Source: Thalia democratica (taxonomy: Eukaryota). From it: 64,000 nucleotides of DNA. The stretch covers positions 69,626,001 to 69,690,000 of the forward strand of contig OZ241826.1 of assembly GCA_965202585.1 (NCBI GenBank), written 5' to 3'. The translations under genes and the position numbers were made by a program. Position 1 is the first letter of the stretch, and each line of letters opens with the position of its first letter. Shown piece after piece: positions 1 through 11,714 of the stretch. The notes beneath the pieces were generated by a model. That model saw only the letters and a program-made list of their open reading frames with translations. It did not search any database and was not told the DNA's origin.

Positions 1-635
1 AATAACTGATACATAGTCACTTTATATATAATTAGTTTTAACAGAAATAGTATTAACAACTCAATTATGCATTATTATCATGATCCTTGATTGTCTATAA
101 AATAAATTAAAAACTTTAAAAAAATCAAAGTTAAAAGTTGTCTAAAGATACATACTTGGAAGATAGCGTTTACATAAAAGGTGTATATTAATAATCTCAG
201 TTAACTAGAATTGTATATGCTAAATTCATCCATTAGATTTTTTTCACAATAAAAATGCTAAAACCACCCTATCTGAATTTAAAGCTTGAGTATAAAGTTT
301 AAACTTTTCTATATACTTGTTGTACTACCTAATGAACTTATTATACATAATTTCGTCATGCGCCTATGAGTTTAAAAAAAATTCATCGCAAATTTTTTGA
401 ACACTTTAACCTAAAGCTGGGTGACGTTTTGCCCTCAAACTGATATCTCTGGCTCGCGACATATTTTCAACTTGAAAAAAAAGTGGACGTTGAATAAATT
501 AGTGCTATTTCATAATAAAACTTACTCTTAATTTGGTACGTACAGTAGTGTTTGTTAGATATTTATCTCGTTACAAAACTGTTGAAATTTTTTAGTATAA
601 TATTACAATTACAACGCCACCAAGTATTTTAAATT

Positions 636-705
636 CAGTCCGGCCCGCAAAATACACTCTGGTAAGTGTGGCCCGCCGACTAAAAAAGTTACCCACCCCA
701 ACTGT
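636..705. repeat. Right end of a Charlie-like hAT MITE
   Basis: GTCCGGCCCGC ... GTGGCCCGC ... AAAGTTACCCACCCC shows the same subterminal motifs as the 26504..29646 element. Confidence 0.45.
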
Positions 706-778
706 AGTTGTGGGTACACTGTGACTTAGCAAGTGACATGAGACGATCGATAAAAATTCATATAATTCTTATAATGTA

Positions 779-3700
779 TTATTCAAATAAAAAATATATC
801 CTCGAAAAATCAAAATCATACCCGTTTCTGTTTTCAAAAGAAAAAGGATGGTAGTTCTTTTCACGCGCATTTCTTTTATGAATGGGCAAGTGCGATTCAT
901 GGTGGATGCCTCGTATTTTATCAGCATAAGCAACTGGGTGCGGTATGACACCCCTCTGTTGCAATTTGTCTTTTGCAAGCTGTATAAAATATAAATGTTA
1001 AATATAAAATTTTAATACTTCTTAAAAAGTTATTTTAATTGTAGTATTTAAAAAATGTATTTAACTTGACAAATATAATTACAAACTAAAAGTTTCAAGT
1101 AAGTCAAGATAAAAAAGTCGTTTGAATTTTTTGCAAACTGCATAATTTTAAAACCAGTTTATAGATTATATTAACGAGCAATTACTATTTACAAATAAGC
1201 TTAGTTTTCTGTAATTTTTGTCAAGTACGCCTTTAATTTGTTGTGCGTTTATTGATTTAGTTGTAAAATTTAAAACAATTTCAGCTTATTAACGAAAAGG
1301 TTCTTAAACTATGCTTAACACTACTCTATGTATTTAAATTGTTATAAATAAATAAAATGAATTGTTTTATATGCCAGTTAATGTAAGCAGTTAGAAAAAA
1401 ATAAAAACATCTTTTTAGTGAGTTACTATAATAAAGCGTTTGTTAAACAAAATTGAGATGGCTATACTGAAGTATATTTTTAGCTCAAAATTGTTGTTTT
1501 TTCAACCTAATATAGAATATTTTATTAAACTCAAAACAAAAAAGCTACTTAACTTTAAAAGAATTACAGTTACCTGTTGAAATATTTTAACTTGATAATT
1601 TTGATTGCAATTTAATGTTATAAAGATGGTACATAATAGTGATACGCAAAGTTTTCACCCTTCAGAGTTGTTAAGAAACATTTTTTGAACAAGTATAAAT
1701 TTTTATCTTAAAACTTTTATTTGTGCAGAACAAATCTCTAAAGCACTAACGTATTCGTAAAATCGGTCGTCGTCTTTCTTCTTTTGAAGGTCTCTGTGTA
1801 TTTTGCTCCTCAGTTGTGGCATGTGGTCGTAAACATCATCAAGTCGGTTGATTTCATTTTGCACTTTAGTACGCAGTCCATTCAACTCCTACGTTTTATA
1901 TGATTTTACAATAACAAACTTACTATCAGTAATTTTCGGTGTCATATTACAATAATTTTATTGCTATGTTTTTCATAACGTTAAAAGTCTTTTAAACAGC
2001 TAATTAATTATAACCGAAAGGTTTTTTTGTGCACCAGGTCTTACGACCAAATATTTTCAGCGTATTTTTTGTCGTTCAATAAACTATGTAACTATGCAGC
2101 TTTTAACAACTTAAACCAAAAATAGTGGCAAACTGTATAAATATATTTTACTATTTTCATTTAACCTATTGAATTTTCTTAAATGATTAAATACTAGAGA
2201 AAAGTTTGAAAAAATTTGAAAATATAATGTATTAGTTTGTCTAACTAAAACTAACGAAAATCAACAACTTACAAAAATTATTTTTAGGAAGAAAAGTTAC
2301 GCTTTTTTACAAAATATTCTTTTTATCATAAAAATATATATAATATGTTTTGGTTTTAAGAAAACAAATAGAGAGATCTCAACTGCTGGAGGAGAAGCAA
2401 TTCTATTTGAATAAGATTTATTTAAGCACTGAAGAGGTCTTTGACCGAAACTTAGTTTGTAAAATAAATTTTTGAAAGAATAAATATAAAAATATATATC
2501 TGTAGTTATTTTTTTTAAACTTCTTTGCCACATTTAAGAACCTTGCCTTAAAAGTGTAGAACTAAGGTATATTTATGAATAATGTATTAATAGAATACGA
2601 TACTGTGCTAATAAATTTATCTAATTATTTCGAACTGTAAATAGTTCTTAAAAAAATTATAGGAAACTTCTAATTTAACTCGCCATACCTCGAACTTATT
2701 CGAAACTGATGTATTATGCAGTACATAACTCAAAAGATTTCTTCTGCAATGCACTACAACCAAAACTAAACAACGTATGTTTTAGTTGCTTAACACGCTA
2801 CTTAAGTTTGTAAAAAAGAATGTTGCACCAACCAGCAGCTGTTGCCTGATCTTGAGAAACTGAACCTTGAGAACGCGGCTCGCCTCCAGCATGCGGTTCT
2901 TGCAGATGTACGTTCGGCCGTGCCTCGCGTGCAGCATGATCTCTTGCTCCTTGAACTGATCCTTGGTGAAGCTGGGACGCATGATGCATGCCAGCGGCTT
3001 GTTGAAGACGAGCGACTGGTCCAACTGTTCCAGAGTCATGCCGACATCTTTACGCATCTAATGGTTGTAATGTTATTAGTTAAGTAATAAAAATTTTATT
3101 TTCAAAAGTTATGCTAACAAAGAAATCTTTTGTCAACTAAGCTAAAATGGTTCTTAGCATTTAAAAGCTGTGCAAACGAGATGATTAGATCATTTTCAGT
3201 GACAACCAGTACAAAATAATCCTTCCAAACTTGCGGGTTGAATTTAAACAGTTTGTTAACTATTTAGGAAAACTTAGTCAGCTGTTTCTTTAAGTTAGTA
3301 TTTCTGATAAAGTTCTGTTGTGTACGTACAAGTTGAAAAACCACTGAGCTTACAAAAGTTTTAAAGTTGACTGAGGAAGAGAATAACTTGAAAGTACTCT
3401 AAACTTTTAATGTGCAAAAACAACTTTGTAGGATTTTCGTAATAAAAATATTTCGATTTATAAATTACTTTTAGGTATAAAAACCTATAGTTTACAAAGC
3501 GTCATTCACAAAATTATTGAAAAAATTTTTGTTTAAATTTTAAGGTTTATTTTTACAAGGAAAAAGTAAACAACAAACTCTGGTCAAGTGCTTGATTTCG
3601 TCATTAACAAGCTCGACTCTGGATCGAAGCCGGTCAACCACAACCTTGAGTTGCCTGGTAACTGTGTGAACTTGGGAGACGCTGTTGCAAGCTTCCGGGT

Positions 3701-4243
3701 CGACGTAAAAGCCGCGCTCCATTTTCGTGATCCATTCTCCCAGCTCGTGACGCGCCCGATCCAGTTCTTCTCTTTCGGGATCTTCTCTTTTCACGTCAAT
3801 TTGAATGTTCTTAGTACTCTTTTGAGCATACCTGCGGTAAAAAGCATCTTGAACTTTGTTTTTGTAAGTAGCAAAAATTGAAAAAAGTTAGGGAGTTTCA
3901 GAAAACAAGCTTGATTATTACAAGCAACTTGGTTTTGTGCTTAAATTTTGTTAGTTGTTTTTAAAGGTTTAAAAAACATGCAATTGTTAAAATTTTATAG
4001 CTGTTATTACCTTCAATACTCACGGATAAGCAGATTTTTATTTACCATTTTATAAATTTAAATATAAAAATACATACTTCATTGCGTTTTATTCATACTT
4101 TACTATTATAATAATAGTCACAAATTGAAATTGGGCAAAAATTCAGTTTAAACCAACCTGTCTATTTTGTTATCTCTTCGTTCAGCCTTTTTAGCCTTAA
4201 CTAAAGGTAATGAGTTTTTACACTCCAACTTAGTAATATTCAT
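779..4243 (-). CDS. Uncharacterised coiled-coil-rich protein, ~300 aa, 5 coding exons: join complement(4158..4243, 3579..3831, 2833..3057, 1751..1888, 779..979)
   Basis: Exons join in frame through GT-AG sites (phases 2,0,0,0): MNITKLECKNSLPLVKAKKAERRDNKIDR-YAQKSTKNIQIDVKREDPEREELDRARHELGEW...HLTR-MRKDVGMTLEQLDQ...RQQLL-ELNGLRTKVQNEINRLDD...FYEY-LAKDKLQQRGVIPHP... The last exon either reads to the stop at 779 or splices at a GTATGA donor (exon end 822) to an exon outside the window. No family recognised. Confidence 0.75.
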
Positions 4244-5339
4244 TTTAACAAAAATTAAAGTGAAGGCTTTTCACTTCCAATATTTTAACTAAAATCAAAA
4301 TAAGTTGAAAATATTTTATTTTTATATGCAAACGGTTGCTAAGGATTTCTATTTTACGTGTAACTATTTTAATAAAAAATTTTAATGTAACTTTAGCATA
4401 CAGGCTTATGTTTTGACATGCTTGATGATACTTTCAGAGTTTTATATAAGCTGAGTCAAAAACTGTAATACTTTAAATTTATATATAGTACTGCAACTAA
4501 TACAAACAGTGTTCAGCTTTTAAATTCTATTTCAATTTTGTTTTTATACGCTGAAAACATTTAACTAATTTTAGACTATTTTTGTCAACTTAGAACGTAA
4601 AATATTATTCTTTAACACACTACAGAGGAATTTTTGAATTAATTGATACCTTTAAACTTAAATACTATTTTGGTCATGAGATATTTTATACAAAGAAACG
4701 AAATGTATATAAACACAAATAAATATTGATGGCGTTGTATGCTAATTATATAAAAAACAGTTATTTTATTACTTAGCTGCAACAAAATTTAATAACAAAG
4801 CGATAATGTATGTTTTCATTTCAGAAAAAAAAAAACTAGAAAGAAAGCATTTTAAATATGTTTTTTTTTCAAAAACAGTGGTATTCAAAAAGTAAATCTT
4901 TTTTATAAAAGTTATATTCTGAGTAAAATATTTGTTTCGAAATTCAAACAAAATTGTAAACTATCCTGTATTCAAAAAAAAATTTCTAAAATACTTAACA
5001 TTTTGTTTTAAGTTTGAAAACCTATCGAAAAAAATGGGGTGAGAAAATTTTACAACATCTAATTTTATAAAAAAATACAATTTCAAAAAGTTATGAAACT
5101 AAAACACTTTTTATCTAAATTTATGTTTTGTATAAAAATTAACAAGCTTTAATTAAACTTATTTTCCGAAATTGTATATGAAAAAAAAGTTTAAGTATAG
5201 AAATTAAAACAGTTTTCAAACATAAGCGCTTTAAATTGAATAACGTTATAAATATTTTAATTTAATTTATTTTATTTATTTTTTATAAAAAATTGGTTCT
5301 ATGAATCTATCAATAGAATTTATATAATTTAATTGTCAG

Positions 5340-5712
5340 CGCCGTGTCTACAAGAAACTCTCAATCAGACGAACCAAATAAGACAAGCGAGTTTAATTGT
5401 TTTAACATTCTCCACTTCGCAGCGACTTAACTTCGACCATTGTGGGTCCCAAGGGTCAAACACCGTTTCGCTAATACACCTAACTTTAGCATGAATGAAT
5501 GACGCTTGAAATTCTCCGTTGACGTCATAATACGTAGGAACTTTCAAAAAATTGTGGAATGTCACGTGACTGCCGTAAATTTAATAAAACTACTAGTCTA
5601 CTTGCAATTTCGAAAACTGAAGACATATTTTAACAAAGCTTAGACAACAGTGCGTTGCTACTAGCCAAGACATAGTTTGTTATTTTTGTATTTTTTGGAA
5701 GTATCGTGGGGT
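5340..5712. promoter_or_regulatory. Putative bidirectional promoter between the coiled-coil gene (-) and the ABRA-like gene (+)
   Basis: Locally GC/CpG-richer island between divergent genes. Perfect CRE TGACGTCA at 5520-5527, palindrome GTCACGTGAC at 5561-5570, and a strong + strand donor GGG|GTAAGT at 5711 that could feed the acceptor TTTTACAG at ~7406 upstream of the ABRA ATG. Confidence 0.5.
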
Positions 5713-6354
5713 AAGTAGTAGTTTTACTTTAAGATATAGGGTGTTTATAAAAAAAGTTCATTTAGATTTTAATTTAGAGAAGAAAAATCTTTTTTGAAAG
5801 TTTTGTAAGTTGTTTTACAACTTTTTTGTAATCAATCAAAGATGCTAATAGATTATGAATACTGTTTCTAAATTGTATTTAAAAGTTGTATTGAAATATA
5901 AATGGGAAAACGCTAATAGTAAAAGTACTTTACGTTTTTGTAAGACTATCAAGTAAAACAAAAGTTTGTAAAACACAAAAAAAAATTTTAAGCAGGATTA
6001 AAAAATAAAAGTAAGTATACATACTCTTTATTATTTTTTTTATTGTTATTTGTAGTAAATGATTAAAACTCGCCCAGTGAAAATAGTTAATTTTTAGACG
6101 AACTTACAGCTAATTGTATATTTTGGCTGTAGACAAAAAAACTCTCTACTTGTTGGTTGCTTATTTTATGTCGTTATTTTTTTGTTTTTAAATTAAATTG
6201 TTCAATCTGTTTTTAAATGTTTTATATTGTGTTTTCGAGGAAAAATTTGCGCAAATAAACTTTTTTTTTTAACTAAAGTTATTTTTTTACTGTTAGTAGT
6301 TGTAAGAAACTTTTTGTTTATATGAAACTAATTAATTCTAACTTATATTATTAT

Positions 6355-6895
6355 AATTTATTGAACGAATAAAAAAGACGCTCAAATGTTTGGTCTAAGG
6401 ACCTGGTGCAAGAAAAATCTTTCGATTATCGAGTCGCACACCAACGGATACCTTTTAACGTCTTTACCAGGATATTTATAAACCTTTTTTTTTCAGGTAT
6501 TTTTGGTTGTAATATTTTGATGAACTTTATTTTACTTATAAAGTTTTATAATAAAATGGTTTATGATATATAAAAGATTTTTAAGAACAAAACTTAAAAA
6601 TTACTTCAAATACTTTGAATTCAAATCGTTTTTTGATTCAAACTTTTAATCTTAGTTAATTTTGAAAATTTTAATAAGTTTATAAACAACGTTTGTTGAT
6701 TATTAAACACCAATTAGTTATTAAAAAATTGTACAACTAACAAACACTTTTGTAATTATAACACTTTATGATAAATTCCTGGACAAGACCTTAAACTATA
6801 TCCAAGTGGTGTGCGACTCGACAACCGAAAGGTTCTTCGTGCTCCAGGTTCTAGAATCAAGCATTTTGAGCGTCTTTTTTATCGTTCAATAAACT
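6355..6895. repeat. Dispersed inverted-arm repeat (MITE-like) in the putative ABRA 5'-UTR intron
   Basis: Arms of ~120 bp (TTGAACGA..AAAAAGACGCTCAA..ACCTGG..TCGAGTCGCACACCA) are inverted around a ~300-bp spacer. Solo arms occur at ~2010-2088, ~13050-13095 and ~46958-47080. Confidence 0.65.
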
Positions 6896-7433
6896 GTATA
6901 TAAGAAAAACTAAAACGATTTTTTAGCGTATTCTCATTAAATAAACAAATAAACATTAGTGAGTTTAGGTAACTAGATGTAAAAAAGTATCGCTTAATAA
7001 TACAGCAAAGATGTAAACTTTATTGTGTACTTAGGATTTTATAAATTATTATTCATACTATTAAATATAGTTATATAGGAAAAAATAGTTTACACATGTT
7101 TATGTTGCAATTGTAAATGTTAAGACTTTATAACTTGTACTCTTATTACTATTTTTTCGTTACTTTTAAAAATAGATGCACAGAGGATTTTTCTTGGTGT
7201 TCAGATGTTGCAAATGTTATAGTAACTTAAATTTAATCACTTAATGATCTTTGATTAATAATCCATCGTTTAGTTTTTTTGTTTTGATTAGGATATTTTT
7301 TTTTCTTGAAGCTATGAGATTTTATAATTTAAAGTTTTTTTCTAAATTCTAGTAGATTACTTTACGCTTCGTAAGTGATATTTCCGAATAATGCTAAGTT
7401 TTACAGTTAAAATATAGAATACAATCAATAAAA

Positions 7434-8578
7434 ATGCACAAAAGCTACAGCCTAGTTGAGGCTTTAAGTGAAAAGTGGAACAATCGTGCGGACTGCTTTA
7501 TTGAAAAACAAAAAAACAATCCCTTTTCCGACAGATATGGTGAGAATTTTTGCAAATTTTTGCAAATCACTTTTGCGTGAGATCATAAGCTTTTTGAAGT
7601 ATGACTTTTCTAAAACTTAAACTCTTAAAGCTTTTAACATATAATTTCTTTCAATTTAATATATGTAAATTACATTTATTCAAATAGAAGGACGTAAAGT
7701 TTGGGTTAAAGGAAGTGAAGATTACGGAAAACCGGTTGGAAACACGGCAGTCCGAGCAGAAAAAGCAAAAAAATACATTGACAAAGAAATTAAGACGCTA
7801 ATTGAAATTATTTATCGCTGTGGGAGGCCTAGTAAAGTTGATGGTCACGTTTTTATTTACTTTGGGCAACTTTTTCAAACGTGAGTAATTTTACTAATAT
7901 TTAAATAAGAGATAAATAAAAAGTATAAAACTAAGAGTAAATTAATTATTTAAAAAAATAAAATTCAATAAGGTGAAAACTTAAAGTAAAAAAAAAACAA
8001 AAGATGTCCATAACTTGTGTATATACTTTTAATTTTTTTTATTATTGCAGTTTTTCTATAATCACGAAAAAAAATGATCTAATGTTTTTGAAACTTTTGA
8101 CTCTTACATAACTAAAAGTATATATTTATTCTTTTGAAAAACAAAGTTAAGTGGAACGCATTAGCAAACTAAAACTAGATAATTTTTAGATAGGTTTAGA
8201 TAAAGCAGCTATACAGCACTTACAAATAAAAGTTTTGTGTTACTTGCTATCATGATTAAAATAGTCTGAAAAGGGAATAATAAATAATTAATTTATAGCT
8301 TAGTTGTAATTTGGACTTTTGTAAAAAAAATTTTAAGTTTCACTTTAAATTATCAACTATAGGAAAATTTAGTTTTGAAAAAAATTGGTCTTTATGATAG
8401 TATTTTTCAAAAACCAAATTTTAGTTATGCCCGCATTTCAACCAACCTTGTGGGATACCTCATAAGAGCGAGAAGAAGAAATCTGGTGGAATTTCCTGGC
8501 GAGATGCTTTGGCAGCGCAGAGACGATGACGTCATAATTCATTTAACTGCAGAAGCACACAGAATGGTTGAAGAATGA
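7434..8578 (+). CDS. ABRA: Actin-binding Rho-activating protein-like (Costars domain), 150 aa: join(7434..7539, 7688..7880, 8425..8578)
   Basis: The spliced product contains WNNRADCFIEKQKNNPFS, YGKPVGNTAVRAEKAKKYI and FGQLFQTYARISTNLVGYLIRARRRNLVEFPGEMLWQRRDDDVIIHL, matching the ABRA/STARS C-terminal Costars domain. GT-AG sites have consistent phases (1,2). Confidence 0.9.
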
Positions 8579-10719
8579 GGCTTAGAAGGATTTTAAAGTT
8601 AAATAAAATGAGGTTTGATCACATGGTGAAGGTGAGATAGGAGGTACTAAGCACGCACACGAAGGATGGTAGTTTGTTTATCAGTTCGTGATCTTACTAC
8701 TTACGAAGGATTTCAAAGCTTTGTAAGATGTCCAAAAAGCTGTTATAGGCTTAATTTTTTTTCAATTTTCTAAAGTTAAAAATGGTTTTATTTACTTTAT
8801 TTAAAGTAAGCATTCCATTTCAATTAGTTTGTTGTTTTTAAATGTGCTTTTTATAGTTCAAAGAAAATCAAATACTATATCGTAGCCATAATGTTTGTTA
8901 AGTTTATTAGACTTTACATAAATTTTTTACAAGCTGGTTCGTTAAAGCGTTTAAACTTTTTTTTTTCAATTTAAAAAAAAAGAAAAAAAAAGTGTGTTTT
9001 GTGATATAGATATTTTTAACAAGTTTTTTACAATTATTACTTTTTAAACAACAAAAATTACAACAAAAAGATAAATTTAGAATTTCAAACATTTCAAACA
9101 GTTTAAACTTTTTTTAAGTTATGATTAGTTTAAGTGTAATAGTAATATATAAACAATTCAAGAATAAAACTGTTTCTATACTGTTTATTAAAAGTATTGT
9201 TTGACTCTGCTATCAGTTTTCTTAAAACCTTAGTTTATATTTACTTGAGTAAACGTAATTAGAAAATATATAGCATTTATTTTAGATAAATCTTTTAACT
9301 ATTTTTAATTTCAAAAAAAATAGTAGTTTTGTTTTAAAAATTTAGGTATTTTATTAATGTTTTATGCGGATAATATAAGTTATAGTTATTTTAGCACACT
9401 GCTTATACATACAAACAATTTATGTTTTGTTACATTATTATTTACAGTTTATAGATAAGTTACTTGAGTAATAACGGAAGTTTTAAGTAGGCGGTTTGTA
9501 GACTTTTATTGCTTCAGCTATAAATTAATACTAAAATTTCACTCTAAACTAACATTCCTTTAAACAATACAAAACCTACAATAAAAGAAGTTAATTTAAC
9601 TGTTTGAAAACTAAAATTTAGATTTAAATTGTTAAAATATCATAACCGTTTAGTTATAGTACAAACTTTAATCGAAATCAATTTAATCTACGCTTAAAAG
9701 TTTAATAAGATTTTTAATTCAATCTTAATAACATAGTGTTGTTTTAATAAACAAAACAACGAATTTTAAATTTAAGAGAATAATGTAGAATTAGAAGCTT
9801 ACGATAAAAAATAGAAAGTTGTTCTTTTATAAAATGATATTCATAATATATGTGTTTAATAAAAATCATAGTGTTTGTAGTTGTAATGCAATTAAAAGTA
9901 TAATCATTTCTAAAAAGCTATACGAAAACCATGTTGTACTGAAGTAATTTTAAACACCTTTTTTACTATTACACAATACTAAAAGGGCTAAACGTTTGTT
10001 AAAGTTTTCATTTAACAAATAGTACTATAAAGCTTAAGTATCTAATAAGTTTAAAGTTTAATTTGTTAAAATTGTCTAAGCTATAAATTTTTAATGTAAA
10101 TACTTAGTTTTTTAGTTGAAAAATTTTATTTAACTATTTCTATATTTATAAACTTATAATTTTTTAAAGCAACAGTACTTACTTAACAACTTCAAGTTAA
10201 CTATTTTTTCCAAAACCAAATTAAATTTTTAAAATAAATTTGATTATAGGTATATTAATTCTTAGAATTAATAAACCAAATTTTTGAAACATCCCACATA
10301 TCTAAAAAGTTTTTAATTAAGCTAAAACTATCTACCATAAAGTTAAACAGAAACTATAAAAAAGCTTAATCGGAACTAATAAATTTTGATAAACCAACCC
10401 AAAAAAAAAATAGTTGTATAGCCGGACCATGTCTATTAAACAAAAGTTGTTTAGCTGACTATTAAAGTTATAAAACTACAATAAATATAGTCAGTACTAA
10501 AAACACAGGATCAAAAATCGTAATATTTTACAGTTAGTCCTTAAATCATAATGCGTATTTAACAACATACAGAAAAAAGTGTAATATATAATCACTAAAT
10601 TATACACTTGGAAGCAAAATACAGAATAAATAAATCACAATTTTTCTCAGAAATACTTAACACAATAAAAACAAGACTGTAAGTTGTAATACATTTTAAC
10701 TAGTAGCTTATAATAATAT

Positions 10720-11075
10720 GGCAAAGAAAGAAAACTTTGTGCTTTCTAGATTTGGTTTGCTAACCAATATCGCCAAATTTCTGAACAAAACTAGGCTTAG
10801 AATTGTTTGATAATGACATTTTAGTTAGAACAAACGTGTTTTTAGTATTTAGAACTCTTTATTTCTGAAGCTCTAGTAATCTTGCATCCTACTACGTTCA
10901 CGATGGTTTTTCAACCAAGATTGCGTAGGCCGCTGGTTTTAACATGTCCTTTGAGTAAGATAAGTAAAATTATTCAGAGATATCTTGTACGGAGAGCTCA
11001 CTACTACACAATCTAAGCTATTTGCGGGTTGTGTGCAAGCAAAACATGATGGTTCTAAACATTATTAAATATATA
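10720..11075 (+). mobile_element. Decayed RTE-clade LINE 3' fragment
   Basis: With stops and frameshifts it reads ERKLCAF ... TTFTMVFQPRLR ... RWF*HVL*...RDILYGEL, resembling the RTE post-RT motif RRLRWLGHVxRM...KxILYGEL. Confidence 0.6.
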
Positions 11076-11714
11076 AAAAAGTATTATGTCAATATATTAT
11101 GTCATGATTTTTTTTTGTTGTCCATTTTATCTTTGCTCGATGACTTTAAAATTGCAATAAAAATCATATAAACAAGCGGGAACAAAACTACAATGGACCT
11201 TTTTTAAGTAAAGAAGTTACTTAGAAACTGTTTTGAAAGTTATCTAAAATAAACACAACTCTGCTTTCGAAAACAAACGCAGACTCAAGAAAGTAAAAGC
11301 AAAACTGCCGACCAACCAGCAAAACTATAATAAAAAGATTTCAGTCTGTAATCGCTCGTGATGGAAGGAGGCCTAACAATAAATTCTTTAAAATAAGATT
11401 TATTGATTTTTAAAAGGCTTGATGCTACGCTAAGCTTAAAAAACTACTTTTATAACTGTAACTTTATACCAAAGTTTTTGTATATAACTAGAATTTTTCA
11501 ATATTAAAAAGCTTAATTCTAAAAAAAATTATGTTAATCTTTTATCAAAAATATTTCCTTGCAATAGGGACTTTGTTACAACAACAACACTAACATCAAA
11601 CCTTATTGTACTTTAAAGTTATTTCTTTTACAGACAAAGGTACGTTCTTTAGAAAAAAGCTACAGACATTGTGCATACAGAAAAAAAATTCAATGTTGAA
11701 GTCTTGAAATAAGG

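Noticed and set aside
2798-3881. ORFs 2842..3087 (+), 3588..3881 (+) and 2798..2989 (-)
   Set aside because: Shadows of the GC-rich exons of the coiled-coil gene.
5365-5565. 66-aa ORF starting at GTG
   Set aside because: It does not splice in phase to the downstream gene and has no recognisable product. The region is better explained as a promoter or UTR.
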